DNA from: Candidatus Marinacidobacterales bacterium
GTDB lineage: Bacteria > Acidobacteriota > Vicinamibacteria > Marinacidobacterales > DATDRI01
DNA length: 64,000 nucleotides
Direction of reading: 5' to 3'
Assembly (NCBI GenBank): GCA_965219415.1
Contig: OZ244742.1
Location: 1,792,001-1,856,000, forward strand
Shown: positions 42,378 to 53,336 of the stretch, piece by piece
Layout of the letters: each line of letters begins with the position of its first letter
Numbering within the stretch: position 1 is the first letter of the stretch
Notes under the pieces: model-generated
What the model saw: only the letters and a program-made list of their open reading frames with translations
The model's database searches: none
What the model was told of the DNA's origin: nothing
Program-made: the position numbers and the translations under genes

Positions 42378-42902
42378 ATGCGACTTTCTTATATTGTTAT
42401 CGTAGCTGTCACGTTTGGCCTCACGAGCTGCAGGCCAGCCCCCGATACTGCCGCCCAAGTCCCGGAGTCTGTTTTCTTCTTGGTGCGGCATGCCGAAAAG
42501 GTCGATGAAAGTGAAGACCCGCCGCTGTCCGAGGTGGGCCACCAAATAGCGCAAACGTTGGCATCCCTCTTACGTGACGCTCGAATCGAGAGAATCTACA
42601 GCTCTGATTTCGTCCGCACCCGCGATACCGCCACCCCCTTGGTTGAAGATCTCGGAATCGAATTGAGTCTGTATGACCCCGGCAACCTCGATGAGCTAGT
42701 GAAGGAGCTCCTGTTGGTGCCCGGCCGCTATCTAGTCGTGGGGCACGGCGACACTACGCCGGAGTTGGCGCAATTGCTTGGCGCCGAGCCGGGCTCGGAC
42801 ATCGCCCGGAACGAGTATGATCGCCTCTACGTGCTGGTTCGTCGTCCCGGGTTGGGCACCACGGAGACTTTGCTGCGATTTGATACGGCTCTGCAAGAAT
42901 GA
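42378..42902 (+). CDS. Histidine phosphatase (SixA/PGM-like) lipoprotein
   Basis: Lipobox LTSC; VRHAEK, SSDFVRTRDT and VVGH. Confidence 0.88.
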   Translation: MRLSYIVIVAVTFGLTSCRPAPDTAAQVPESVFFLVRHAEKVDESEDPPLSEVGHQIAQTLASLLRDARIERIYSSDFVRTRDTATPLVEDLGIELSLYDPGNLDELVKELLLVPGRYLVVGHGDTTPELAQLLGAEPGSDIARNEYDRLYVLVRRPGLGTTETLLRFDTALQE

Positions 42903-42941
42903 AGATCGCCGAGAAAAATAATTCACTTTTTTCTTGACAGC

Positions 42942-43253
42942 TTAATCGCGGTGATGGCGCCGCATCTTACCGACGCCAATTGCGAGGAGCTCTTGGCTCG
43001 AGCAACCCACAAGTCCAAGCGCGAGCTCCTGGTGCTGGTGGCGGAGATTGCGCCGAAACCGGACGTCTCGACCTCCATCCGGAAACTTCCGAAGCCGCGA
43101 CCGAAGCCGATAGACGAACAAGCGATAGTTTTGCAACAACGGTTCGTGAACCGAAACCGTCGTTTCCACCCTTTCCGGACAGAGTTCATGAAACGCCGCC
43201 CCCTCCGCGTTCGAACACCGGCTCGCCACCAACGAAAGTCCCAGCAATTTTGA
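42942..43253 (+). pseudogene. Internal remnant of the same HNH-associated family as 15967-16647
   Basis: APHLTDANCEELLARATHKSKRELLVLVAEIAPKPDVSTSIRKLP aligns with REAEEYLVALRPKPVFAPSIR. It starts right after TTGACAG and has no HNH domain. Confidence 0.65.
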
Positions 43254-43266
43254 TCTCGGTCAGCGC

Positions 43267-44462
43267 TTAAGGCTCTAATTCGAGAGGGTTTTTGTCGAGC
43301 ACCACGAAATCCGCCCACTTGCCGGGTGCCAGATCACCGCGGTTCGTTGCGTCTCCGCTCGCTAAGGCCCCGCCCATGGTATAGGCGTAAAGCGCCTCGG
43401 CAACCGTAATCGCTTGCTCGGGTGCGATGGGACTCCTATCCGGATCTCCTCTCAGCACGGCCGCTCGCATGCCGAGGAAAGGGTTCTCGTTTTCCACGAC
43501 CGGAGCGTCCGAGCTCAAGGCCAAGGGCAACCCCGCGTCGAGCACATCTCTCAGGGGGTAGCAGCGAGGCATGTACGCGTTCGGAAGATAGCGGCGGAAG
43601 TTGCCACCGAGACTGTGGAGAAACACGGGTTGCGCCGCGACATGCACGCCAAGGTGGGCGGCTCTTTTCAGTTGCTCCGCGTCCGGCAAGGCAAAGTGCT
43701 CGAACCTCCTGCGCCTTCGTGGCCGCTTCTCGGCCAGCCTCTCGTAAACTGCCAGGACGCGGTCGATGGCGGCATCGCCAATGACGTGGGTTCCGACATG
43801 AAGGCGGTGCGCCTCGGCTCTGCTCGCCACCTCGTAGAGCTCGTTTTCCTCCATACGCAAGACGCCTTTTGTCGGCGCGTGGCGATAGCGCTCGCGAAGT
43901 GCTCCGGTGGCACCCGAGAGTCCCCCATCCGCAAAGAATTTCACGGAGTCGAAACGAAGATAGTCGGATTCGTAAACATCGGGAAGAGCGCTCGCTGATT
44001 CCGTGCTCTCGTGGAGCAGCATCACGTTGAAGCGCGATCGCAACATCCCCTCGTCCGCCATCTTCCGATACGCCTCGAGGAGAGCGGGACGAACTCCCGG
44101 ATCGGTGGCGCTGGTGATTCCAAATTGATGCTGGCGACGGCTCGCCGCATCGATCATGTTGCGGTAGTCGCTTTCCTTTGGATCGGGAATCGCTTCGTTG
44201 AGCAGGTCGATGGCGTTTTCTTGAACCAGTCCCGTTGGTTCGCCGGTTTCATCTCTCACGATCACGCCACCAGGTGGGGCGACCGTGTCCGCCGCGATCC
44301 CCGCTGCCTCGAGGGCAGCGCTATTGGCAACACCCATGTGACCACAGGTTCTCGTCAAGTAGACCTTGCGCCCGGAGGCAGCTTCATCCAGATCGCTGCG
44401 GGTGGGGTGCCGGCGCTCGGTCATGCGCTCTTCGTTGTATCCTCTTCCCAGAAGCCAAGCAT
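43267..44462 (-). pseudogene. Amidohydrolase 3 (YtcJ-like), truncated at both ends and fused in frame to the ALDH tail
   Basis: WLLGRGYNE, CGHMGVANS, KFFADGGL, HVIGD, RFEH, SSDAP and GKWADFVVLD. It lacks the N-terminal PGxxDxHxH and the final beta strands. Confidence 0.82.
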
Positions 44463-44464
44463 GG

Positions 44465-45866
44465 CGGATCTTGTAGTCTAAGTGAACGTGTTTGGTATCG
44501 CGGAACCCTTCGAGTCCCTCGATACCGAGCTCGCGCCCCATCCCCGAGAGGCGCATGCCTCCAAACGGCCCGGCATCGTTGTCGGTCAGGGGGTCGTTGA
44601 TCCAAAACGTACCGGCGCGGATGTTAGCGGCGGCAGTCATGGCGTATTCGAGGTTATTGGTATAGATGCTGGCACCTTAGCCCATATTTGGAATCGTTGG
44701 CGAGCGTGGTCGCTTCGTCGATGTCTTTCACGATCATGATGGGTGCAATCGGTCCGAACGTTTCTTCGTTCATGAGCTTCATCGAGTGATTCACACCGGT
44801 GAGGACGGTCGGCTCGAAGAAGTAACCCTTGGAAAGGCCTCCGGGTCTCTTTCCTCCCGCTACCAGCTCGGCCCCTTCCTTGCGCGCCGCCTCCAGCTTC
44901 CGTTCCACTTTGTCCCGTTGCGCGGCACTGACCATGGGCCCGAGGTCTACATCCGGCCCCATGGGATTGCCGACTCGTAGAGCCTTGGCAACAGCGACGA
45001 ACTGATCCAAGAAGCGATCCGCGACTTTCTCGAACACATAGAACCGCTCCGCTGAGGTTGCAGACTTGCCCCATGTTGAGGAAGGCCGCAAACGCAGCGC
45101 CCTGGGCCGCCACGTCGACGTCCACATCGTCGCAAACGATGAAAGGATCGTTGCCCCCCAGTTCGAGGTGCAATTTCTTGAGCTGGTCGGCAGCCGCCCG
45201 CGCGATCGCCCGCCCGATCTCGACGCTGCCGGTAAAAACCACCACGTCCACCCGGGGATGGGTCACCAGCGCTTCACCGGTCTCACCGTGCCCGGTGATG
45301 ACGTTGACCGTACCCGGCGGTAGACCATCGAAGACTTTGTCGAGCATCAACGTGGAAAGCGGCGTGTACTCGGACGGCTTGACGACGACCGTATTTCCGG
45401 CGGCCAGTGCCGGGGCCAGCTTCCAGCAAAGAAGAAGCAGCGGGTAGTTCCAGGGAACGATCGCCGCCACTACGCCGTAGGGCTCCTTGACCACGAAGTT
45501 GAATTGGTGCTCCCTGACCGGCGCGATGACGCGACCGCGGTCGTTGCGCCCGATCTCCGCGTAATAGTCGAAACAGGCAGCGCACCAGTCCACCTCGTCG
45601 ATGTTTTCGAGTAGGGGTTTCCCACCCTCCTCGGTCATGGTGTGCGCGATGGTGCCTTTGTTCTTCCGAAGCCGGTTGGCAACGTCGTGAAGGAGATCGG
45701 CCTTCTCTGAGCCGGGAACTTTCCACCACTCTTGGAACGCGTGAGCCGCGGCTTCGACGGCGCGGGGAGCAGTGTCCAGGATCTCCTCGGTCGCCGGGTT
45801 CTCGACCTCGAAAGACTCTCCGCTATCCGCTTCGATCAGCTCCCCACCGATCCATAGTTTCTTCAT
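44465..45866 (-). pseudogene. Aldehyde dehydrogenase with two frameshifts (near 45058 and 44678) and a short in-frame deletion
   Basis: PWNYP, KPSE, FTGS, ELGG, GQVC, EETFGP and PFGG distributed over three frames. Confidence 0.9.
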
Positions 45867-45966
45867 CGCCTAAAACTCACGGAGAAGGGTGCTCAATCTG
45901 CTTACGGATGAGGCTTGGCTCTTTGGGTCGAGCTAGCCGATCACTATCGAGAGTAACGGATTCTGA

Positions 45967-46066
45967 ATGCCCACAAAGTGGGAACGAGCCGTTATAGTTC
46001 TGGCGCTTCTCGCCGTCGCGGCCAAGGTCTTCGTGGCGGCGGGCTTGCCGGGGTAGACCACCGAGC
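45967..46066 (+). pseudogene. 5' remnant (signal peptide only) of a secreted protein gene
   Basis: Hand translation MPTKWERAVIVLALLAVAAKVFVAAGLPG*TTEP; it runs into the truncated 3' end of the glycosylase. Confidence 0.45.
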
Positions 46067-46926
46067 CGGTACCGACCGAAGCGCTCGTAGTATCGCTCGA
46101 TCGACTTGTCGGGGACGCGCCGACCACGCCGGTGTCGCTCGGCGAACATTTTGCGACACGCCGTGTCGAGCGCTAGACGATCGTAGGAACCCAGTAGCAA
46201 CCCCAACCCCGCGGCAGCGTATGGACCGACACCGGGCAACATGCGCAGGCGTCGATGGAGCTCCTCGCCATCGAGCGGCTCGGTCCGCAACGACTCTAGA
46301 TCGACTTTCCCAGACGCGACGCTCTTCGCGATCTGGTGGAGGTAAGCGGAACGGTAGCCGGCGCGTATTTTGCGATCGAAGGAGGCCGGGCCGTCGGCGG
46401 CGATCGCTTCTGGCGTTGGAAAACTTTGGCCGGCGACGGAATCGGAGACTCCATAGTTTTCCACCAAGCGTTTTGCCATCGCGGTGGTCTGACTCCAGGT
46501 GCAGTTCGTCGTGCAGATCATCTTGACGACGTCTTCGAACACCGTCGGCGCCCGCATCATCCTCCCCGCACCCTTCCGCCTGGCCCAACGTAGAGCCGGC
46601 TGAGCGGAGAGTGCACGGTAGAACGGCGATAGATCCTCGTCGAAACGGAGAACGTTCGCGATTTGCCTTCGGGCATCGGCCAGCGCCTTGGAATCGAGCT
46701 TGGTCGACGACTCCAACCTGGCTACCAGCGTTCCGCGATTACGCGGCCGAGCGAGCGACACACGGGTCAGCCGACGCCCCGGAAGCTCGAGGACGCCGTT
46801 GAGCTTCTGTTGGTCTTCGTCGACCGAGAACGGTGCAAGGATGCACCAACCGTGACTGCACACGGTGTTCCAAAAGTGGAAGTTCGGTGGTGGCGTGCTG
46901 AAACTAAGCCGGCCCACGCGCCCCAT
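46066..46926 (-). pseudogene. HhH-GPD DNA glycosylase (AlkA/OGG1-like), C-terminal helix apparently lost
   Basis: CSHGW, PTVFEDVVK, FPTPE, AGYRS and HhH motif LPGVGPYAA. Similarity ends at YERFGRYR, and the ORF reads on to 45877. Confidence 0.75.
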
Positions 46927-47015
46927 GGTTGTTTATGCTAGCATCAACAAGACATCCCTGGAGTAGAAAAGGGACATCCCCGGCGCAGAAGAGGATATCC
47001 AAGGAGGAGAAAAAC

Positions 47016-48500
47016 GTGGCCCGTCTCGCGATTTCGGGCATTCTCGCCCTAAGCTTTTGCTCCTTACCTGTCGTCGCCGGAGAGCTGCAAGAAGATCTGC
47101 GAGCGCGACGCGCGCGGGTCATGGAACAGCTAGGTCCGCACTCGATGCTCATACTCTGGAGCGCTGACATCAAGAATTACTCCAACGATGTCGAGTACGA
47201 GTTCCGCCAGGACAGCGACCTCTACTACCTGACCGCCATGGAGCAAGACGAGACCATACTCGTGCTCATGCCCGGCAACGAGACGCGAAAGGAGATCCTT
47301 TTCATCAAGGAGAAGGACCCGGTGAGAGAACATTGGGAAGGTCACATCATGAGCCAGAACGATGCGACCGTGCACACCGGCATCGAGAGCGTGTACTTGG
47401 TGGATCGCTTCGATTCCTTCGTGAGCACCATGCTAACGGGTCGGCCATTCGATGTTCCGCGGTATCGTGCCTCCACGGAGTACAGTGCCTTCTTCGAAGC
47501 CCTCGCGGATAACCGCGCCCGGATGGCACTCGTCCTCACGCAGCTACCCGAGCTCGAAGGTGAACTGTCGTATCCCCTGCGGTTCGCTCGGCAGATCCGA
47601 GAACGCTATTTCGGTCTCGAAGTTCAAAACGCCGCCGACATCATCCACAAGCTGCGACAGATCAAAACGCCGTACGAGGCGGGACTGCTGCGGCAAAGCG
47701 GTTTGGTCGCGAGCAAGGGACACTTGGCCGGCATGCGCGCCGCTCGCTCGGCACAGTACGAGTACGAGATCGAGGCGGCGATGGAAGCCACCTACATGCG
47801 CTTGGGAGCCCACGGATCGAGTTATCCGGCGATCGTCGCGAGCGGACCGAATGCGACCATCCTCCACTACTCGACATCGCGCCGCAAGATAGAACCGGAG
47901 GATCTACTCCTCGTGGACTCCGCGGCGAACTACCAGTACCAAACGGTAGACATCACTCGCACCTATCCGGTGAGCGGAACGTTCAACCCGTTGCAAAAAG
48001 ACATTTACCGTATCGTTCTCGCCGCGCAGGATGCGGGTATCGAAGCGGCGGTGGCGGGGAGCACGCTCAACGACGTCCACCTAGCCACCGTCGAAGTCGT
48101 GAAGCAAGGCTTGTTGAATCTCGGCCTCATTACCGACACCAGCGGAGACCAATATCGAACCTGGTACACTCACGGCGCCTGCCACTGGATCGGCATGGAC
48201 GTGCACGATGTCGGCGAGCGAGACCGGTCGCTCGAGCCGGGCATGGCCTTCGTCATCGAGCCCGGCATCTATATCCGGGAAGGCGCGCTGGTTCACCTTG
48301 CGGACGACTCCGACAACGCCACCTTCGTCGAGAAAGTCCGGCCCACCTACGAAAAGTACAAGAACATCGGCGTGCGTATCGAGGACTCTTTCCTTCTCAC
48401 CGAATCGGGTCTCGAGCGCCTGTCCGGAACGGTTCCCCGCACCATCGACGCTATCGAGCGATACATGAGCTCAGGCTCGACGACCAGTGGATCGCAGTAA
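47016..48500 (+). CDS. pepP: Xaa-Pro aminopeptidase (M24B)
   Basis: FRQDSDLYYL, ILHY, VDITRT, HWIGMDVHD, IEPGIY and GVRIED. Confidence 0.92.
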   Translation: MARLAISGILALSFCSLPVVAGELQEDLRARRARVMEQLGPHSMLILWSADIKNYSNDVEYEFRQDSDLYYLTAMEQDETILVLMPGNETRKEILFIKEKDPVREHWEGHIMSQNDATVHTGIESVYLVDRFDSFVSTMLTGRPFDVPRYRASTEYSAFFEALADNRARMALVLTQLPELEGELSYPLRFARQIRERYFGLEVQNAADIIHKLRQIKTPYEAGLLRQSGLVASKGHLAGMRAARSAQYEYEIEAAMEATYMRLGAHGSSYPAIVASGPNATILHYSTSRRKIEPEDLLLVDSAANYQYQTVDITRTYPVSGTFNPLQKDIYRIVLAAQDAGIEAAVAGSTLNDVHLATVEVVKQGLLNLGLITDTSGDQYRTWYTHGACHWIGMDVHDVGERDRSLEPGMAFVIEPGIYIREGALVHLADDSDNATFVEKVRPTYEKYKNIGVRIEDSFLLTESGLERLSGTVPRTIDAIERYMSSGSTTSGSQ

Positions 48501-48972
48501 GACCTCTCCAGGAGCCCTCTCTCTTCACGTCGTGCTCCTCGAGCCGGAGATTCACTGGAATACCGGAAACGCCGGACGGAGCTGTCTCGCACATGGCGCC
48601 AAACTCCACTTGATCGAACCGCTTGGTTTCTCATTGGGCGAAAAAGAAGTCCGGAGGGCGGGGCTAGACTATTGGCCTCGCGTCAAACCGCAACTGTGGC
48701 AGAACTGGGCATCGTTCGAGTCGCAACTCACCGAACTTGGAGAACCCTATTTCGTCACCCCAGACGCGCCACGGCGAATCCAAGATGTGCGCTTCCCTCG
48801 AAAGACGGTCTTGGTATTCGGCCGAGAAAGCAGTGGTCTGCCCACTGCGATGCGCGAGACCTACCGCAACCGATTGATCTCTATCCCGATGCTCGATCCG
48901 GAGATCCGGTCCTTGAATGTGTCCACCTGCGTGGGCATCGCGCTCTACGAGGTTCTGCGGCAAAAAACATAG
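48487..48972 (+). CDS. trmL: tRNA (cytidine34-2'-O)-methyltransferase
   Basis: EPEIHWNTGN, RRAGLDYW, FGRESSGL and IPM...RSLN. Confidence 0.93.
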   Translation: MDRSKTSPGALSLHVVLLEPEIHWNTGNAGRSCLAHGAKLHLIEPLGFSLGEKEVRRAGLDYWPRVKPQLWQNWASFESQLTELGEPYFVTPDAPRRIQDVRFPRKTVLVFGRESSGLPTAMRETYRNRLISIPMLDPEIRSLNVSTCVGIALYEVLRQKT

Positions 48973-49021
48973 TGCTTCGAGGGCTTGAGGCCCAACGAGG
49001 TTTGTTGGACTTCGAAGTGGT

Positions 49022-50629
49022 GTGCTAGCATCGATTTTCGTGTCGAAAAACTCGAGTACGCCTCGGCAAACTAGCTCTGGCATTCCCGTCGCCAGCGTCT
49101 ACACGTCCGAGAGTCTGCGCGGATGGGACGCCGAGCGGCAGCTCGGCCTTCCCGGTGCACCACCCTTCACCCGCGGTAACCATCCGGGAGGATACCGCAG
49201 CCGGCCTTGGACGATGCGCCAATATGCAGGCTATGCGACGGCCGAGGAGTCGAATCGGCGCTACCGCTATCTCCTCGAGCAAGGACAGAGCGGGCTATCG
49301 GTCGCCTTCGATTTGCCGACTCAGTTTGGCTACGACTCGGATCACTCCCTGGCACGAGGGGAGGTAGGACGCGTTGGAGTCGCCATCGACTCTCTCGAGG
49401 ACATGGAGATCCTCTTCGAAGGCATCCCTCTCCATCGGGTCTCGACGTCAATGACCATCAACGCGACGGCCGCGATACTCCTCGCGCTCTACATAGCGGT
49501 GGGCCGCAAACAAAACGTGCCGGAGGAGAAGTTATCCGGGACGGTGCAGAACGACATTCTCAAGGAGTACACAGCCCGGGGAACGTATATCTACCCCCCC
49601 GCGGCTTCCATGAGGATCACGACCGACATCATTGCTTTTTGCGGCCAATCGGTTCCACGTTTCAACCCCATCAGCATCAGCGGTTACCACATTCGGGAAG
49701 CGGGCTCGACCGCGGCTCAGGAATTGGCGTTCACATTGGCCAACGGCATCGAATACGTCCAGGCGGCGGTCGCCGCAGGCCTGGACGTGGACGACTTCGG
49801 CCAGCGACTGTCTTTCTTCTTCAACTCGCATCGGAACTTCCTGGAAGAGATCGCAAAGTATCGGGCGGCTCGCCGAATCTGGGGAAAAATCCTCCGCGAG
49901 CGCTTCGGTTCCAAGAATCCTCGTGCCCAAATGCTGCGCTTCCATACCCAAACCGCAGGCTCCACCCTCACCGCCCAGCAGCCTCACGTCAACGTCGTAC
50001 GCACCACGTTGCAGGCGCTGGCCGCCGTGCTCGGGGGCACCCAATCGCTTCACTGCAATGCGCTCGACGAAGCTTTGGGGCTACCAACCGAAGAAACGGC
50101 AGAGCTCGCACTCCGAACGCAGCAAGTGCTGGCGCACGAAAGCGGTGTTTCCGATACAGTGGATCCTCTCGGAGGCTCCTACGCCGTCGAGTCATTGACC
50201 GATGCCGTCCAAGAAAAAACCGAGGCGCTGTTATCCGAGATCGACGAGCGTGGGGGGGCACTCGAGGCCATCGAGGCCGGCTGGGTCCAGACGCAGATCC
50301 GTGACGCCGCCTACCGCTTTCAAAAGGACCTCGACTCCGGAGAGGCTACTGTGGTGGGAGTGAATGCCTTCACAAAAGGTGAGAAGCTACCCATCGACGT
50401 GTTCACGATCGATGCCGAGGTGGAAAAGCATCAAGGAGAGCGACTAGCTGCCTTGAGGTCTCGCCGCGACGCGAAGGTCGCCGCGAGTGCTCTCGATCGG
50501 ATAGAAAGAGCGGCGCGTTCCGACGAAAACCTGATGCCGCCGATCCTCGATGCGGTGGAAGCGTACGGGACGCTCGGTGAAATCTCGGATCGACTGCGAA
50601 GGGTCTTTGGAGAGTACCGAAGCAACTAG
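49022..50629 (+). CDS. Methylmalonyl-CoA mutase, substrate-binding subunit (no B12 domain)
   Basis: [34 protein letters not shown] and ISISGYH. Confidence 0.93.
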   Translation: MLASIFVSKNSSTPRQTSSGIPVASVYTSESLRGWDAERQLGLPGAPPFTRGNHPGGYRSRPWTMRQYAGYATAEESNRRYRYLLEQGQSGLSVAFDLPTQFGYDSDHSLARGEVGRVGVAIDSLEDMEILFEGIPLHRVSTSMTINATAAILLALYIAVGRKQNVPEEKLSGTVQNDILKEYTARGTYIYPPAASMRITTDIIAFCGQSVPRFNPISISGYHIREAGSTAAQELAFTLANGIEYVQAAVAAGLDVDDFGQRLSFFFNSHRNFLEEIAKYRAARRIWGKILRERFGSKNPRAQMLRFHTQTAGSTLTAQQPHVNVVRTTLQALAAVLGGTQSLHCNALDEALGLPTEETAELALRTQQVLAHESGVSDTVDPLGGSYAVESLTDAVQEKTEALLSEIDERGGALEAIEAGWVQTQIRDAAYRFQKDLDSGEATVVGVNAFTKGEKLPIDVFTIDAEVEKHQGERLAALRSRRDAKVAASALDRIERAARSDENLMPPILDAVEAYGTLGEISDRLRRVFGEYRSN

Positions 50630-50750
50630 GGTGCCAAAGAAATTGACTGCATCCTGCGCGAAGAACCGTCAGCCGTCCCGCGGCCGCTTGCCGGCGAAGG
50701 GACTAGCCGTGGGGGTGGGGCCCCGCGGCTCTGATCATTGAGACATTAAA

Positions 50751-51299
50751 ATGCTGTGCGCGATTTGCCGGGGAGACCACCCCGAAACCGATTCTCGGGC
50801 GCTTTCGATCCTCGCCTCGACACCACGCCGCTTGGAGAAGCTTCTGTCTTCGGTCGGACCTCGGGATGCGGTGGCCCGCCCGATGCGCGGAAAATGGTCG
50901 ATCAAAGAAATCGTCTCCCATTTGACCGACACCGAGCTCGTCTATGGATATCGCTACCGCAGGACGATTGCCGAACCCGGCGCGCGTCTCGGTGAGTTCG
51001 ATCAAGAGAGCTGGGCGAAGGAGCTTCTTTATCGAAGACAGCCACTCGACACGATGGAAGAAACTTTTGGCGCCTTGAGAAAGCAGAACCTCATTCTGCT
51101 GAAGCTGGTTCCCAAGGGTGTCTGGTCGCAACACGCCTCGCACCCCGAGTACGGGACTGTCAGCTTGCGGGAGATGGTTACGCATATGGCGACCCACGAC
51201 CGCACTCGTCTTGCTCAGATCGAGCGCCTCGCCGCAGTGGTCGGCAAACGCTCGAAGAGAAAGACAGCAAAGAAACGCCCCTCCCGCAAGGCGAAATGA
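50751..51299 (+). CDS. DinB family protein
   Basis: KWSIKEIVSHLTD, FDQESW and THDRTRLAQI (last His reads Arg). Confidence 0.85.
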   Translation: MLCAICRGDHPETDSRALSILASTPRRLEKLLSSVGPRDAVARPMRGKWSIKEIVSHLTDTELVYGYRYRRTIAEPGARLGEFDQESWAKELLYRRQPLDTMEETFGALRKQNLILLKLVPKGVWSQHASHPEYGTVSLREMVTHMATHDRTRLAQIERLAAVVGKRSKRKTAKKRPSRKAK

Positions 51300-52315
51300 A
51301 CGAGACGCTCCTCGAAGTCCGTGACCTCTCGGTACAATTCGACACCGCGACCGGTCCGATTCGTCCGGTGGATGCCGTGCACTTGAACATCGCACGGCGT
51401 GAAACGGTCGGTTTGGTTGGAGAGTCCGGCTGCGGCAAGTCCACGTTGGCGTACGCCCTTCTCCGACTCGTTCCGCCACCGGGAAGCATCGTGGGGGGCG
51501 AGATCCTCTGGAAGGGCAATGATCTCCTGAGGCTCCCCGACAAGGAGATTCGGCGGGTGCGCGGAAGAGAGATCGCACTCATCTTCCAGGAGCCTTCCGC
51601 GGCGTTGAACCCAGTCCTCACCGTGGGCGATCAAGTCGCGGAGCCTCTTCGCGTACACCAAGACATGAGTCGGCGAGATGCCTTGGCGAAGGCGGTCGAG
51701 CTCTTCCGCGCGGTGCGCATCCCCGACGCAGAGACACGGGTCGACGACTACCCCCACCAAATGAGCGGTGGGATGAAGCAAAGGGTCTTGATCGCCATGG
51801 CCATCGCCTGTGCTCCCGATCTTCTGGTGGCAGATGAACCGACCACCGCGCTCGACGTCACCATCCAGGCGCAAATCCTGGAACTTCTCGAGCAACTGAA
51901 GGAACAGTTCCAACTCGCCATCCTGTTGGTGAGCCACGATCTGGGAGTGGTCGCGCAAAACGCCGACCGTGTCGCGGTCATGTATGCCGGGCGAATCGTC
52001 GAAGAGGCCCCGGTCGATTCGCTTTTCAAGGATCCGAAGCATCCGTACACCTCCGGACTGCTTCGCTCTTTGCCCCGCAGCGGGACATCGAGGATTGGCA
52101 CCGGGGGCACGGGACGCGTGAGAGAGAGGTTAGAAGCCATCCAGGGCACGGTTCCCGATCTCGCCGAGCTCCCCCCCGGCTGCGCCTTCGCACCTCGTTG
52201 CCCGCTCGAGTTCGATCTGTGTGGCAGCGCAGTACCGCCTCTGACGAAGATCGAATCGGAACACCTCGCCGCCTGCTACAAACACCAAGAAGTCGTAAAC
52301 GCGCGGAGCTCGTGA
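51296..52315 (+). CDS. Oligopeptide/dipeptide ABC transporter ATPase (DppD/OppD-like)
   Basis: [22 protein letters not shown] and a C-terminal Cys motif. Confidence 0.94.
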   Translation: MNETLLEVRDLSVQFDTATGPIRPVDAVHLNIARRETVGLVGESGCGKSTLAYALLRLVPPPGSIVGGEILWKGNDLLRLPDKEIRRVRGREIALIFQEPSAALNPVLTVGDQVAEPLRVHQDMSRRDALAKAVELFRAVRIPDAETRVDDYPHQMSGGMKQRVLIAMAIACAPDLLVADEPTTALDVTIQAQILELLEQLKEQFQLAILLVSHDLGVVAQNADRVAVMYAGRIVEEAPVDSLFKDPKHPYTSGLLRSLPRSGTSRIGTGGTGRVRERLEAIQGTVPDLAELPPGCAFAPRCPLEFDLCGSAVPPLTKIESEHLAACYKHQEVVNARSS

Positions 52316-52319
52316 AGGA

Positions 52320-53321
52320 ATGTCGATAGATCCCCCGGTTCTCGAGGTACGAAAGCTCGTAAAGCATTTCCCTGTCCGGCGCGGTGTGTTCCGACGTACG
52401 GTGGCACAGGTTCACGCGGTTGACGATGTGAGTTTCGACATCCGTCAGGGCGAGACACTCTCCCTCGTCGGCGAGTCTGGTTCCGGAAAGACCACCACCG
52501 GCAGGTGCGTGCTGAGGCTGGTCGAGCCCACTTCCGGCGAAGTCCGGTTCGAGGGTCAGGACGTTCTCGGCTTGGACCAACGCTCGCTGCGCAAGTTACG
52601 GCGTAAGACCCAAGTCATTTTCCAAGACCCCTACAGCTCTTTGAACCCTCGCATGAAGGTCGGCTCGATCGTATCCGAGCCCTTGATCATTCACCGCGTC
52701 GGAACACGACGAGAACGGGCGGAGCGGACCGCGGAGCTCTTGACCATGGTGGGCCTCGATCCTCAAGTGGGCTCTCGCTATCCACATGAGTTCAGTGGTG
52801 GACAACGACAACGGATCGGGATCGCACGCGCCTTGGCGCTTAATCCACGCTTTATCGTGGCGGACGAGCCTGTCAGCTCTCTAGACGTATCTATTCAAGC
52901 GCAGATCTTGAACCTCTTGGTCGATCTCCAGGAAAAGCTCAATCTGTCGTATCTCTTCATCGCGCACGATCTGCGAATCGTCGAGCACATCAGCGACCGC
53001 GTGGCGGTCATGTATTTGGGGAAGCTCGTCGAGTTGGCACCAACGGCGGAACTTTATCGGAGCCCACAACACCCGTACACCCAGGCGCTCTTAGCTTCCG
53101 TCCCCGAGCCCGATCCCGAGAAAGCCAAAACGGTCCCCCTCGTGAATGGTGACCCACCGACGCCGCTCGATCCACCCTCCGGATGCCGGTTTCACCCCCG
53201 TTGCCCGGTGGCGGTGGACCGCTGCCAAAGCGAGGAGCCGCCCCTATTAGACGTCGGAGGTGGTCACCTAACGGCCTGCCACTTGGTTCCCGCAGCTGGT
53301 ACTATTAAGAGAGACCCCTGA
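52320..53321 (+). CDS. Oligopeptide/dipeptide ABC transporter ATPase (DppF/OppF-like)
   Basis: [25 protein letters not shown] and GCRFHPRC. Confidence 0.94.
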   Translation: MSIDPPVLEVRKLVKHFPVRRGVFRRTVAQVHAVDDVSFDIRQGETLSLVGESGSGKTTTGRCVLRLVEPTSGEVRFEGQDVLGLDQRSLRKLRRKTQVIFQDPYSSLNPRMKVGSIVSEPLIIHRVGTRRERAERTAELLTMVGLDPQVGSRYPHEFSGGQRQRIGIARALALNPRFIVADEPVSSLDVSIQAQILNLLVDLQEKLNLSYLFIAHDLRIVEHISDRVAVMYLGKLVELAPTAELYRSPQHPYTQALLASVPEPDPEKAKTVPLVNGDPPTPLDPPSGCRFHPRCPVAVDRCQSEEPPLLDVGGGHLTACHLVPAAGTIKRDP

Positions 53322-53336
53322 CACGGAGAAAATATA

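Noticed and set aside
996-43270. YTAR (TTAG/CTAG/TTAA) at several deletion junctions as an IS-excision footprint
   Set aside because: It is partly ascertainment bias from stop codons, it is absent at the 44463 and 46066 junctions, and the breakpoints are only approximate.
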